Shown here: positions 1 to 10,163 of the stretch, one piece after another
Layout of the letters: each line of letters opens with the position of its first letter
Position numbering within the stretch: the first letter of the stretch is position 1
Assembly (NCBI GenBank): GCA_963796275.1
Contig: CAWCKY010000006.1
Coordinates: 2,784,001-2,848,000 of the forward strand
DNA length: 64,000 nt
From: an uncultured Acidobacteriota bacterium
GTDB lineage: Bacteria; Acidobacteriota; Blastocatellia; RBC074
Direction: 5' to 3'
Notes under the pieces: generated by a model
What the model saw: the letters and a program-made list of their open reading frames with translations, nothing else
The model's database searches: none
Told to the model about the DNA's origin: nothing
Translations under genes and position numbers: made by a program

Positions 1-46
1 CTTGAGCTAAGCCGCGAGCGGCGTCGGCTTGAGCGAATTGTTAGCG
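1..46 (-). other. Integron attC-like recombination site, cut by the window edge
   Basis: Minus strand reads CGCTAAC-AATTCGCTCAAGCCGACGCC-GCTC-GCGGCTTAGCTCAAG. This is an RYYYAAC-like box followed by the imperfect palindrome typical of short attC sites. Confidence 0.75.
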
Positions 47-253
47 TTCATGCGCGCGCAAAGCCGATCATAGGGGATGGCGACGACCACGCTGGCGGCG
101 AACCAAACAGCCCAAGTGATACCGTCTCGCACGATAACGATGACGGAGAGTTGTGCGTACGCATGACGGGCTCTCTAATAGCTGTAGTTTCTTGGGGCTA
201 AACGAATTAAATGCCGCAGAATCATCTCCATCGTTTTTCCTTTTGCGAACTCA

Positions 254-640
254 TCACTGTCCCGGAGGTGGCTGCCAAAGTTCGACCTTGTTCCCCTCAG
301 TATCCATGACCCAGCCGAACTTTCCGTATTCGGAGTCCTCCGTCTTCTCCAGGACATTGCATCCTTCGTCACGAAGCGACTGAAGCACAGCGTCCAAGTC
401 TTCGACGCGATAGTTGACCATGAAGGTCGACTTGCTTGGTGCGAAGTGCTCACCATCGGCGGCACCGATGCACCACACGGTCGTACCCGTTGTCGGATTG
501 CCCGCTGCATCGGTCCAGGTGAACGCGGTGCCTCCCCACTCCTGGACGTCAATGCCCAGATGCTGCTTGTACCAAGCTCGCAGTGCGACCGGGTCCTTCG
601 CGTTGAAGAAGATTCCTCCGATACCTATGACTCTCTTCAT
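254..640 (-). CDS. VOC/glyoxalase-family protein
   Basis: MKRVIGIGGIFF...WYKQHLG...FMVNYRVEDLD...YGKFGWVMDTEGNKVELWQP. GGAGG RBS upstream. Confidence 0.9.
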   Translation of the reverse strand: MKRVIGIGGIFFNAKDPVALRAWYKQHLGIDVQEWGGTAFTWTDAAGNPTTGTTVWCIGAADGEHFAPSKSTFMVNYRVEDLDAVLQSLRDEGCNVLEKTEDSEYGKFGWVMDTEGNKVELWQPPPGQ

Positions 641-843
641 TTGGGCCTCCTAAGTGCGGTTAAGTTAGAGCGTACTGCGTTTGTGAACGCCTAACGTATA
701 AAAAAACTCGTGCGGAACGAATCCTGTTCGGCAAAATATTATAGGCGCTGCTTCCACTATCGTGAGACCATCTCACACATATATTTACACAATGGATCCC
801 GGCATTTGGCGCCAACACTGAGAACTTCGAAATTGTCGGGAGG

Positions 844-2610
844 TTATTTTAACCAGCGGTCGAACCAGTCGAGCGTAGCCGCGCGCATCTGCGGCGTGTA
901 AGTATGCCCGGTTTCGGGGTAGAGAACGCTTTTGAATTTTTCCGGAGCTCCGAGCGCTGAATAAACCTGACCGGCTTTCGTTTCAATCATCCTGACGCCG
1001 TCTGCGGGGGAGCCTGCGTCAAGCGCCCCGGTGAGCGCCAGGTAAGGTCGCGGCGCGATGAGCGCGACCACTCCCTCGCTGTCGAAATGACGGAGAAGCC
1101 CATTCACGAAGTAATAAACGCCATGCTGCCGAAGTTCGCCGTGACGGATCAGGTTTTCGTAGCGCGTCAGACACGCGACGCCGACGACTGCAGCGACGCG
1201 TTCATCCAGCGCGGCCAGCCACCACGCGCGTGTGCTGCCCATACTCATTCCGGTCGCGCCGATACGTCGCCGATCCACTTCCGGCCGGCTCGAAAGGTAA
1301 TCGAGCGCGATCTGGTCGTCGCGCACAAACATCCCCCACAGGGTGCGGCCCATCCACAAGTGGAACTTGAAGAGACTCTCGTGCTCGGCTCTGGTGGATT
1401 CAGCCGCGCCTGACGGCCCCGCGCCCGCGCGGTCGCCGTGCCAGTAAGCGTCGGGCGACAGCACTATATAACCTTTCCGCACGAGCGTTTCGCCAAACGC
1501 CTCGGCGCCGCCATTGGTGTTCGGCGTGATGATTTGCGTTTTGTCAGGAGTCGAGGAGTGCAGCCAGAGGACGGCCGGGGCCGGCCCCTGCAACCGCTCG
1601 GGGATGAGTGCCAGGGCCGATATTTCGCCGTCTATGCCGTTGTCAATCGCTATCTTTTCGAGCAAGTAGCCGTCACGAATCTCTCGCGTGATCCGCCGCA
1701 CACGCTGCGGCGAAGGGCGCGAAGGGAGATCGCCGAGCGATTCGCGAACGATCCGTATCACCTCAGGCCGGCGGCTCCGCCATTCCCCCTCGCTGGATGG
1801 CGCGCGAAATTCCGGGACATTGATTCGATAATTTGGCGGAACCAGCGCGTCACGTTCAACTTCAGTTTTGCGATAAGCTTCCGCGGCTTCGGCCCCCGAT
1901 TTGGGCGTAGGCAACGGTTTATACCGAAGCACGCTCAACTGCCGCAGGATGCAATCGGCGACGGCTTCGGCCAGACGTTCATAACCGGCTGGCGTGTAAT
2001 GCGTGCCGTCTTTGTCGAGCAGTTGTTCAGCGCCACCCTGCTCGACAACCCAGTGCAGATCGTGCGCGACAACACCGGCACGTTTCATCACGGCGACAGC
2101 GGCGGCGTTGTAACGCTTCACGTCGGCTTCAAAGCGATCAAATTCCGCCCCGCGTTTGGCGTGCCGGTCATCGAGGATCGGTGTCGTGCTGGCGAATACA
2201 ATGCTCGCCGATGTCTCCCGCCTGAGCCGCTCAACAATACGTCTCAGATTGACCTCGTACTGGTCCAGTGGCACCTGATGCTGTCCCGAAGATTTCCCCA
2301 GCTTCAGATCATGTAGCCCGCAGTTGAAATGGACGAGAACCGGCTTTTCGCCGATCACCCATTCGTCCAGGTTGCGGAGCACGTTAGAGCTGTCGCCGCC
2401 ATTGGCCGCCGGGCTGATGACGCGCGCCCGCCCGGCCAGCCGTTTCGCCACCAGCGGCGCGTAACCCAGGCGGATCGAATCGCCGATCAGCGCGACTTTC
2501 GGCAATTCAGCTTCGGCATCGGGGGTCTGAGCCTGCGCCGGATAGGCCGACGACAGGGCGATGAGCAGCGTAAGCGCAACCAATTCAGCAATGAGACGTC
2601 GTTTCTTCAT
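844..2610 (-). CDS. Secreted SGNH/GDSL hydrolase fused to an alpha/beta-hydrolase (dienelactone hydrolase/esterase-like)
   Basis: Signal peptide. N-terminal domain has GDSI, FNCGLHD and DGTH blocks. C-terminal domain has the GMSMG nucleophile elbow and a late GH. Confidence 0.85.
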   Translation of the reverse strand: MKKRRLIAELVALTLLIALSSAYPAQAQTPDAEAELPKVALIGDSIRLGYAPLVAKRLAGRARVISPAANGGDSSNVLRNLDEWVIGEKPVLVHFNCGLHDLKLGKSSGQHQVPLDQYEVNLRRIVERLRRETSASIVFASTTPILDDRHAKRGAEFDRFEADVKRYNAAAVAVMKRAGVVAHDLHWVVEQGGAEQLLDKDGTHYTPAGYERLAEAVADCILRQLSVLRYKPLPTPKSGAEAAEAYRKTEVERDALVPPNYRINVPEFRAPSSEGEWRSRRPEVIRIVRESLGDLPSRPSPQRVRRITREIRDGYLLEKIAIDNGIDGEISALALIPERLQGPAPAVLWLHSSTPDKTQIITPNTNGGAEAFGETLVRKGYIVLSPDAYWHGDRAGAGPSGAAESTRAEHESLFKFHLWMGRTLWGMFVRDDQIALDYLSSRPEVDRRRIGATGMSMGSTRAWWLAALDERVAAVVGVACLTRYENLIRHGELRQHGVYYFVNGLLRHFDSEGVVALIAPRPYLALTGALDAGSPADGVRMIETKAGQVYSALGAPEKFKSVLYPETGHTYTPQMRAATLDWFDRWLK

Positions 2611-2866
2611 GGCTTGTAGATAAGCTCCTCCGAAAAAAGCCTCGTAGTAACGAATTATGGTTTTTGGAAAATAAATGCAACAACAGCCTTACCTGTCGCT
2701 GAGCGACATTTGAGCCTAGCACGGCTTTGATGGTATTTGGAAATAAATGTAACCATCATTGTAGAACGTAAACTAAATCCTCGGGCTTTTTCAGGAAATT
2801 GAGGTTCAACATTTCTCTTCCGAAGTGTTCGGTGTATAGTGACTCCTGTCTCAACAAACAGTTTGG

Positions 2867-3065
2867 CTTCAGGTGCCCGTCGCCGTTTTCTTGACGACGG
2901 GAGAATAGGGAAGCGGGTGAAATTCCCGCACGGTCCCGCCACTGTGAAGGCCTTTTTATTCTCTCTCACCAATTGCGCCACTGCGTGAAAGCGCGGGAAG
3001 GCTTGGAGGGAAAGACACGCCGGTTATATTCGGCGTAAGGCTCAAGTCAGGAGACCTGCCTGAAG
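2867..3065 (+). promoter_or_regulatory. Cobalamin (B12) riboswitch 1
   Basis: CTTCAGGTG...AATAGGGAAGCGGGTGAAATTCCCGCACGGTCCCGCCACTGT...GCCACTG...GGGAAGG...AAGTCAGGAGACCTGCCTGAAG, with B12 box and P1 pairing, upstream of cobN. Confidence 0.95.
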
Positions 3066-3283
3066 TTGGATCATGTGAACTCTTCGTGGAATGGGAGAAC
3101 AACATCTTGCTGAATCTATTCTCTACCTACAATTCTAGACATCATTTCACCATAGCAGCGTCAGGCTCATCTGCCTTTGGCCGCTAAAGCTGAAAGGGCG
3201 CGTTCGTGTTGATAATCGCCCTTGTGTGTCCGGGCTTTCGCCGGACTTCATCAGGGCTATTTCTCAGCTTGGGAGGTAATGGA

Positions 3284-6200
3284 ATGATCGTCTTTATTTC
3301 CGCGGCCGCGACCGAGCGACAGATGGTCGCCGCCGCGGCAAAGGGCCTGCCGGTCGAATTCCCCACAGTGTGGGCGCTCGATAGCGGTAAACTGCAATCG
3401 GATGCCGAGATCGATAACCTGCTGGCCAACATGGGCGCGGAGCCATTTGTCTTCGTAGTCCGGGTACTAGGCGGGAAAAGTTATTTTGAGCGTGGATTTG
3501 CACGGCTGCAGTCGTTCTGCCGTGAACGAAACCGCCATTTGATCGCAATCCCCGGAGATCAGAATCCTGACGCCGAATTGGATGCTATCTCCAACGTCCC
3601 GCTAGCGGCGGCGGCGAAGGCTTTTCAATATGCTCTGTCAAGCGGCCTCGAGAATTATGGAAACCTGCTGCGATATCTGGCCGACGTCTTTCTTTCCACG
3701 GCGTTCGGCTTCGAAGGGCCCACGCCCATCCCCGGCGCGGGGCTCTACCATCCGGGCGCGAGCGACCGTGCGGTTTGCGCAAATCTGAGCCTGGCGGAAT
3801 TCAAGCGTCTTTATTGGCGCGACCAACGGCCCGCCATCGGCATTCTCTTTTACCGGGCGTACTGGCAGAGCGGGGACATGGCGGTCGTGGACGGGCTGAC
3901 GCGCGAGATCGAGGCGCGCAACTACAACGTCCTTCCCGTGTTCTGTTACAGCCTGCGCGAAGAGTCGGCAAAGGCCGTCTCCGCCAACATCTTTTCCAAA
4001 TATTTCGTGGATGACGCCGGGCCGACGGTCGATTGCGTGATCAGCCTGTTCAGTTACGCAGTGGCCGAACTCCTGCGAGAAGAGAGAACCACCACGGCCG
4101 GCGGCCAGATGGCGGACTACTTGCGGACGCTCGCCATCCCTTTCGTCCAGGGGATCACCACTTCGTTGACTGTTTCTGAATGGAAAGAAAGCGCCGCGGG
4201 GCTGCCGCCATGGGACGCGGCGACGAAAGTTGTCATGCCGGAATTCGACGGCCGCATCATCGGTCCGGTTGTCGGGTTTCGTCAGCAGGGCGAATACGGC
4301 GCCGCGAGTTCGGAAACGGAGTCTTACACGGTGATCCACACCGAGCGAGCGCGGGCATGCGTCGATTTGGCGACTCGCTACTCCACGCTTCGCCGTAAGC
4401 CGAATGCGGAAAAAAGACTCGCGCTCGTCCTGACCAATTTCGCGAATCGGCACGGGCGCATCGGGAGCGCCGTCGGATTAGATACGCCGGCCTCCGTCGT
4501 CCACTTGATGCAAGGATTGCGCGAGCGCGGGTACCACGTGGCTGATATCCCCGAAAGCGGGGACGCATTGATGGAGGAACTGATCGCCCTCGGCGGGTAC
4601 GACCGGGAGTATTTGACCGAAGAGCAGATGCGACTCTCGAAGGCGGGTTACACCGACGCGGAGTACGCAGATTGGTTCGCGCAATTTCCGGCGGAGACGC
4701 AGGCCGCACTGAAAGAAGAATGGGGCGCTCCGCCGGGCCGTGTGTTCCGGGGCGCCGATCGGATTTATATCGCGGGGAAGTTGTACGGCAACCTCTTCGT
4801 GATGATTCAGCCGCCGCGCGGGTTCGGGGAAAACCCCCTCGCCGTCTATCACAGCGGCGACCTCATCCCGACGCACCATTATCTCGGCGCCTATCACTGG
4901 CTGCGCCATGTGTTTCGGGCGGACGCACTGGTCCAATGCGGGAAACATGGGACGCTGGAATGGTTGCCGGGCAAGGGCATCGGCCTGACCGAAGGATGCT
5001 ATCCCGAACTCGCCATCGGCGACCTGCCCGTCTTCTACCCCTTCATCATCAATGATCCCGGCGAGGGGACGCAGGCGAAGCGGCGAATGCATGCCTGCAT
5101 TATCGACCACCTGATCCCACCTATGACGCAGTCGGAGACGTATGACGAGCTCGCGCGACTGCAACAACTGCTGGGAGCCTACGCCAACGCCGAGCGTATC
5201 GATCCCGACAAATTACCCCTGATTCAGCAGGAAATCTGGAACGCCGTGGTGGCCGCCAATCTCCACCAGGATTTAGGCGTCGACGCGCAGCCGGACGACG
5301 ACGCGTATGGCGAATTTATCCAGCACATTGATGGCTATCTGTGCGAGATCGGCGATCTGCAGATCCGCGATGGCCTGCACGTCCTGGGACAGATGCCCAA
5401 GGGTGAACAACTCATCAACCTGGCGCTGGCCTTAATCCGGCTCGATTCACCGGGCTTTACCGGAATCCGCCGCGCCATCGCCGAAGACTACTGTCTGGAT
5501 TACGACGCGCTGAGCGAAGTGGCCAGCCTCGGCGCCGTGTATCGTGGCGAATTCCCTCCATTTCCGTCACAAGTGGCGGACGGCGACCCGGTCCGCACGA
5601 ATGGCGATTTGCTTCTACGTCTGGAGAAGGCCGCGCGGTTACTCGTTACGCGTTTGTCGGAAACAGCATTTGCGTGGGAAGACATCGGCGCGGTTTTGGC
5701 CTACTGCAATCTGCCTTCCGAAGGTAAAACAAGCGAGACGCTCCGATGGCTGACCGAGAGAATCATTCCCGATTTGCGCCGCACGAATGAAGAGTTGCTT
5801 AACCTGTTCGACGGTTTAAGCGGCGTCGCCGTGCCCGCCGGGCCGAGCGGCGCGCCGACCCGCGGCATGACCAATATTCTTCCGACCGGGCGCAACTTTT
5901 ATTCGGTCGACGTCCGGGCGATTCCGTCGCCCTTCGCCTGGCAGGTCGGGCAGCGGCTCGGGGGCGATTTGCTGAAACAGTATCTGGAGCGCGAGGGGCG
6001 CTATCCAGAAGCCATCGGCCTCACCGTCTGGGGCACGTCCAATATGCGAACGCAAGGCGATGATATCGCGGAGATCCTATGGCTATTGGGCGTCCGCCCG
6101 ATCTGGCAGCCGGAGAACCGGCGGATCGTCGATCTGGAAGTCATCCCGCTATCTGAATTGAACCGGCCGCGAGTGGACGTCACGGTCAGGATGTCGGGCT

Positions 6201-7099
6201 TTTTCCGCGACACGTTTCCGGGGGTGGTGCGGTTGCTCGACCGGGCGATCAACATGGTCGCCGATCTGGAAGAGTCGGAAGACGAAAATTTCGTGCGCAG
6301 GCACGTCCGCCAGGACGAGGCGAAATTTACGAGAGATGGCGCGGAGCGGGCAAAAGCCAAAGCACGTTACCGGTTGTTTTCCAACAAACCGGGTTCGTAC
6401 GGCACGGGGATTTTAACGGCCATCACCGAGTCGAATTGGGAGACAAGCGACGACCTTGCGCGCATATACCTCGAGTGGGGGGGATTCGCCTACACCCGTG
6501 ACCTGTATGGCGAGCCCGCGCACGACGAATTTCAATACAGGCTCGCGGGAACGGAGATCGCGGCGCAGAACAAAGACAATTATGAGCACGACATTTTTGA
6601 CAGCGACGATTACATGCAGTTTCACGGCGGAATGATTGCAGCCATAAGATCGCTCGCCGGGTGCGATCCGATGGCTGTATTGGGCGATTCGGCGAATCCT
6701 GAAACGGCGAGGAATCGCGATGTCAGGGAAGAAGCGCGCCGTGTCTTTCGCGCCCGTGTGGCAAATCCGAAATGGCTGCGCGCGATCAGGCGACATGGCT
6801 ATAAGGGCGCGCTCGAGATGGCGGCGACGGTGGACTACCTGTTCGGCTATGACGCGACGGCGCAGGTCATTGACGACTGGATGTATCAACAGGTGGCGGA
6901 AAAGTACGTGCTCGACGAAACGAGCCGTGAGTTTTGCGAGCGTAGCAACCCGTGGGCGTTGCGGGAGATGACGGGGCGCTTGCTCGAGGCGGCTGAGCGC
7001 GGGATGTGGTCGGACCCGGACCCGGAGACGCTGGAGCACTTGAAAACGGCCTACCTCTCGAACGAAGGGCTTCTCGAAGCGAAAGGTGAGCGGCAATGA
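3284..7099 (+). CDS. cobN: Cobaltochelatase large subunit CobN
   Basis: GKHGTLEWLPGK, PGEGTQAKRR, GLHVLG, GPSGAPTRG, LPTGRNFYS and DIFDSDDY motifs. Start chosen at ATG 3284 after GGAGG. Confidence 0.95.
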   Translation: MIVFISAAATERQMVAAAAKGLPVEFPTVWALDSGKLQSDAEIDNLLANMGAEPFVFVVRVLGGKSYFERGFARLQSFCRERNRHLIAIPGDQNPDAELDAISNVPLAAAAKAFQYALSSGLENYGNLLRYLADVFLSTAFGFEGPTPIPGAGLYHPGASDRAVCANLSLAEFKRLYWRDQRPAIGILFYRAYWQSGDMAVVDGLTREIEARNYNVLPVFCYSLREESAKAVSANIFSKYFVDDAGPTVDCVISLFSYAVAELLREERTTTAGGQMADYLRTLAIPFVQGITTSLTVSEWKESAAGLPPWDAATKVVMPEFDGRIIGPVVGFRQQGEYGAASSETESYTVIHTERARACVDLATRYSTLRRKPNAEKRLALVLTNFANRHGRIGSAVGLDTPASVVHLMQGLRERGYHVADIPESGDALMEELIALGGYDREYLTEEQMRLSKAGYTDAEYADWFAQFPAETQAALKEEWGAPPGRVFRGADRIYIAGKLYGNLFVMIQPPRGFGENPLAVYHSGDLIPTHHYLGAYHWLRHVFRADALVQCGKHGTLEWLPGKGIGLTEGCYPELAIGDLPVFYPFIINDPGEGTQAKRRMHACIIDHLIPPMTQSETYDELARLQQLLGAYANAERIDPDKLPLIQQEIWNAVVAANLHQDLGVDAQPDDDAYGEFIQHIDGYLCEIGDLQIRDGLHVLGQMPKGEQLINLALALIRLDSPGFTGIRRAIAEDYCLDYDALSEVASLGAVYRGEFPPFPSQVADGDPVRTNGDLLLRLEKAARLLVTRLSETAFAWEDIGAVLAYCNLPSEGKTSETLRWLTERIIPDLRRTNEELLNLFDGLSGVAVPAGPSGAPTRGMTNILPTGRNFYSVDVRAIPSPFAWQVGQRLGGDLLKQYLEREGRYPEAIGLTVWGTSNMRTQGDDIAEILWLLGVRPIWQPENRRIVDLEVIPLSELNRPRVDVTVRMSGFFRDTFPGVVRLLDRAINMVADLEESEDENFVRRHVRQDEAKFTRDGAERAKAKARYRLFSNKPGSYGTGILTAITESNWETSDDLARIYLEWGGFAYTRDLYGEPAHDEFQYRLAGTEIAAQNKDNYEHDIFDSDDYMQFHGGMIAAIRSLAGCDPMAVLGDSANPETARNRDVREEARRVFRARVANPKWLRAIRRHGYKGALEMAATVDYLFGYDATAQVIDDWMYQQVAEKYVLDETSREFCERSNPWALREMTGRLLEAAERGMWSDPDPETLEHLKTAYLSNEGLLEAKGERQ

Positions 7100-9153
7100 G
7101 CTCAGAAACCAGGATAGATGCTTTGACGGCGGCGGGCGCGGCGCATTTTCCGTTCTCCGCCATTGTCGGGCAGGACGTAATGAAACGGGCCCTGATCTTC
7201 AACGCGATCGACCCTTCCATCGGGGGAGTCCTGATCGCCGGGACGCGCGGCACGGCTAAGTCGACGGCGGCGCGCGCCATTGCGGCACTGCTTCCCAAGA
7301 TCGAGGTCGTTGACGGAGATGCGTTCAACTCCGCGCCTTCTCGCGGGGCGACGGAGAAAGTAGTTCGCGTCCCCGCGCCCTTCGTCAATTTGCCGGTCGG
7401 CGCGACGGAAGACCGTGTGCTGGGCGCGCTGGACGTCGAACGGGTCTTGCAATCGGGTGAACGGCGTTTTGAGCCCGGCCTGCTCGCCCGAGCGAATCGC
7501 GGCGTGCTCTATGTGGACGAGGTCAATCTGTTGCCGGATCATCTGGTCGACGTGCTTCTCGACACCGTCGCGATGGGCGTGAATCGAGTTGAGCGGGAGG
7601 GCGTTTCGTTTACCCATGAAGCGCGCGTCATCCTGATCGGCACGATGAACCCCGAGGAGGGAGAGCTTCGTCCCCAGCTGCTCGACCGATTCGGCCTGTC
7701 AGTCGCGATCGCCGGATATTTCGAGCCGGGGCTGCGCAAAGAAGTCGTGCGCCGTCGGATCGCGTACGAGGCCGGCCCTGACTCGTATCTTGAACACTGG
7801 AGGGCTTCGGAAAACGAGCTCTCTGCGCGCATCGATGGGGCCCGTGAGCGCCTCGACTCTGTGACGGTTCCGGATGGAGCGCTCGACGCGATTGTTGAAG
7901 CCTGCGCCGAGGCGAGGGCCGACGGCTTGCGCGCAGACATCGTAGCGTACAAAACCGCGCGCGCAGCCGCCGCGTTCGAAGGGCGCACGGAGGTAAACGC
8001 CTCTGACCTGGAAGAATCCCTGGCGCTGGCGCTCGCCCATCGCCGCCGCGCGCCGCGCGCCGCTCCCGAGTCGGGAGGCGGTTCCGAACCGCCGCCTGAC
8101 GACTCGACAGGTGAAAGGCAACGCGGCCGCAGTTCCAATCCGCAGACGTCGTCGTCGCGAAATCCTGGTTCACCTTCGGAGTCGGAAAAGACGCCCCGGC
8201 GCTTTGACCAATCACAGCAGAGTAAGGACGCGAACCAGACTCCTGGCGACGGGGCTCTGGCGGTCGGGGAGCGAGTCTTCTCCATCGGCGGCGGCTTCGA
8301 TCTGGGGCGAGTGATCTCGCGCCGCCAACCGCGCATGACCGCCACGGTCGTCGTCGGTAAAGGATCGTATGCCCCCTCGCGCAGGTCGGGACAGGTCGTG
8401 CGGTCCGTGACGCCGCGACCTTCCGAAAAGCTGGACCTGGCCATCGACGCCACGATTCGCGCCGCGGCGCTCGACGCGGTTTCCGGCGACGCGCGCAAGC
8501 CGGCGCGGTTATCGATAGGCCCCGCGCATTGGCGGCATAAACAGCGGCGGACTCGCACGCGCAATTTCGTTCTATTGCTTGTTGACGCTTCGGGGTCGAT
8601 GGCCGCGCTCGAGCGCATGCAGGCCGCAAAGGGCGCGATCTGCTCGCTGCTCGAAGACTCTTATCAACGGCGCGATGTGGTCGCGCTAATCGCCTTTCGC
8701 GGCGAGGTGGCGGAAGAACTCCTGCCGCCCACCCGCAGCCCGGTCTTCGCTTACCGTAGGCTCGCGCAACTCCCGACCGGAGGCAGAACGCCCCTGGCCG
8801 AAGGGTTGAAGCGGGCGCGCGCTGTGATTGGGCGGCAGGAGCGCAAAGGCGAACGAGTACGGCCATTTTTGGTTGTGGTTACGGACGGGCGGGCGACCTC
8901 GCCGGCAGCGGGCGCGTTCGAGGCCGCGCTGGCGGAAGCGGCGCGCCTTAGCCGGATGCAAATACGAGGCTTGTGCATCGATATGGAAGTCGGTCGGATA
9001 CGGTTCGGCATGGCGCGGGCGCTGGCGCGAGAGCTGAATGCCGCCTACGCGCATATTCATGACCTTCCGCCGAAAGATTGGGGTCAGGTGATACACGAAT
9101 GGGTCGCCGCCGAGAATCACGCTGGAGCCGCGAAAGGCACCAATAATTTCTGA
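7096..9153 (+). CDS. ChlI/ChlD-type chelatase subunit (AAA+ ATPase plus vWA), likely partner of CobN
   Basis: FPFSAIVGQ, GTRGTAKST, LYVDEVNLL, MNPEEGELRPQLLDRFG, Pro/Ser linker and vWA DASGSM...GGRTPL. ATGA overlap with cobN. Confidence 0.9.
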   Translation: MSSETRIDALTAAGAAHFPFSAIVGQDVMKRALIFNAIDPSIGGVLIAGTRGTAKSTAARAIAALLPKIEVVDGDAFNSAPSRGATEKVVRVPAPFVNLPVGATEDRVLGALDVERVLQSGERRFEPGLLARANRGVLYVDEVNLLPDHLVDVLLDTVAMGVNRVEREGVSFTHEARVILIGTMNPEEGELRPQLLDRFGLSVAIAGYFEPGLRKEVVRRRIAYEAGPDSYLEHWRASENELSARIDGARERLDSVTVPDGALDAIVEACAEARADGLRADIVAYKTARAAAAFEGRTEVNASDLEESLALALAHRRRAPRAAPESGGGSEPPPDDSTGERQRGRSSNPQTSSSRNPGSPSESEKTPRRFDQSQQSKDANQTPGDGALAVGERVFSIGGGFDLGRVISRRQPRMTATVVVGKGSYAPSRRSGQVVRSVTPRPSEKLDLAIDATIRAAALDAVSGDARKPARLSIGPAHWRHKQRRTRTRNFVLLLVDASGSMAALERMQAAKGAICSLLEDSYQRRDVVALIAFRGEVAEELLPPTRSPVFAYRRLAQLPTGGRTPLAEGLKRARAVIGRQERKGERVRPFLVVVTDGRATSPAAGAFEAALAEAARLSRMQIRGLCIDMEVGRIRFGMARALARELNAAYAHIHDLPPKDWGQVIHEWVAAENHAGAAKGTNNF

Positions 9154-9156
9154 CCG

Positions 9157-10161
9157 ATGTCACTTTTGATGGCCAAAATGAAAGTCGATCTGCGCGCCGG
9201 CAGGAGGGCGAGTCGACGGAGCCACGCCTGGGCTTTTCTTCTCTTTGCGATGTTGCTGATCGCGGCGTGTGGGACCCCCTCACGGCAAAACCAAACGACC
9301 GCGAGCAATGGGGCCTTCCCACGAACAGTGAAAGTGGGGGATATGGAAATCAGCATCCCGCGTAAGCCCGAGCGGATTGTTTCATTGACCCCCAGCAATG
9401 ACGAGATTCTATGCGCGCTGGTGGACGAGAAGCGTATCGCAGGCCTCTCGAAATTTTCTCAGGATCCGGCGACGAGCTATGTCGCGGAGGCGGCCCGCCG
9501 AATTAACGTCTTCGTCGACCGCAACGCCGAACAAGTCGTTTCGCTGCGGCCGGAACTGGTGCTGGCGGCGCGCTATACCAAAATCGATTTGAAGGCCTTG
9601 CTGGCGGAGACTAAGACGCCGCTCGTCGTCACGATCGAATTTCGAAACTTCGCGGACGTCGAATCCAACCTGCGCTTGATCGGCCAGGCGGTTGGAGAAG
9701 AAGGCCGCGCCGAGTCCGTGATCGGCGAGATGCGGCGTAAGTTGGCCGAAGCACGCTCCCGCCTGCGACCGGGAAGGGCAGGGCTGCGCATGCTATACCT
9801 CGCGTCGGGAAACTTCAGCGCCGGTTCCAGGACCTCGATCCACGAAATATTGGCCGCCGCCGGATTCAAAAACGCCGCGGCGGAAGCCGGGGTAAAAGGA
9901 CACGTCAAACTTGCGCCAGAACAAATCACCGAGATCGACCCGGATGTAATTTTGATCGCCTCCGGGTACGAACGCGACCGAGGCTTTCGGCAGGCGCTCG
10001 AAAACGACGCGCAGCTTTCTGCCATCAAGGCAATCAAAGACAAAAGAATTGTCGAGGTTCAGGCGCGCGGCGTGTTGACCGTCTCGCACCACGTAGCCGA
10101 CGCCGTCGCCGAGCTCATCGAAGCCCTCAATCAACTGCAAATGATTAAAGAAGGAGAATAG
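9157..10161 (+). CDS. Corrinoid/iron-chelate ABC substrate-binding lipoprotein (BtuF-like) 1
   Basis: Lipobox IAAC, PERIVSLTPSNDEIL, EQVVSLRPELVL, DPDVIL. Confidence 0.85.
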   Translation: MSLLMAKMKVDLRAGRRASRRSHAWAFLLFAMLLIAACGTPSRQNQTTASNGAFPRTVKVGDMEISIPRKPERIVSLTPSNDEILCALVDEKRIAGLSKFSQDPATSYVAEAARRINVFVDRNAEQVVSLRPELVLAARYTKIDLKALLAETKTPLVVTIEFRNFADVESNLRLIGQAVGEEGRAESVIGEMRRKLAEARSRLRPGRAGLRMLYLASGNFSAGSRTSIHEILAAAGFKNAAAEAGVKGHVKLAPEQITEIDPDVILIASGYERDRGFRQALENDAQLSAIKAIKDKRIVEVQARGVLTVSHHVADAVAELIEALNQLQMIKEGE

Positions 10162-10163
10162 CC

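Noticed and set aside
2655-2981. 108-aa minus-strand ORF
   Set aside because: It is antisense to riboswitch 1 and has no protein features.
7096-9153. Magnesium chelatase implying phototrophy
   Set aside because: It is coupled to cobN under a B12 riboswitch, and no bch/chl genes are in the window.
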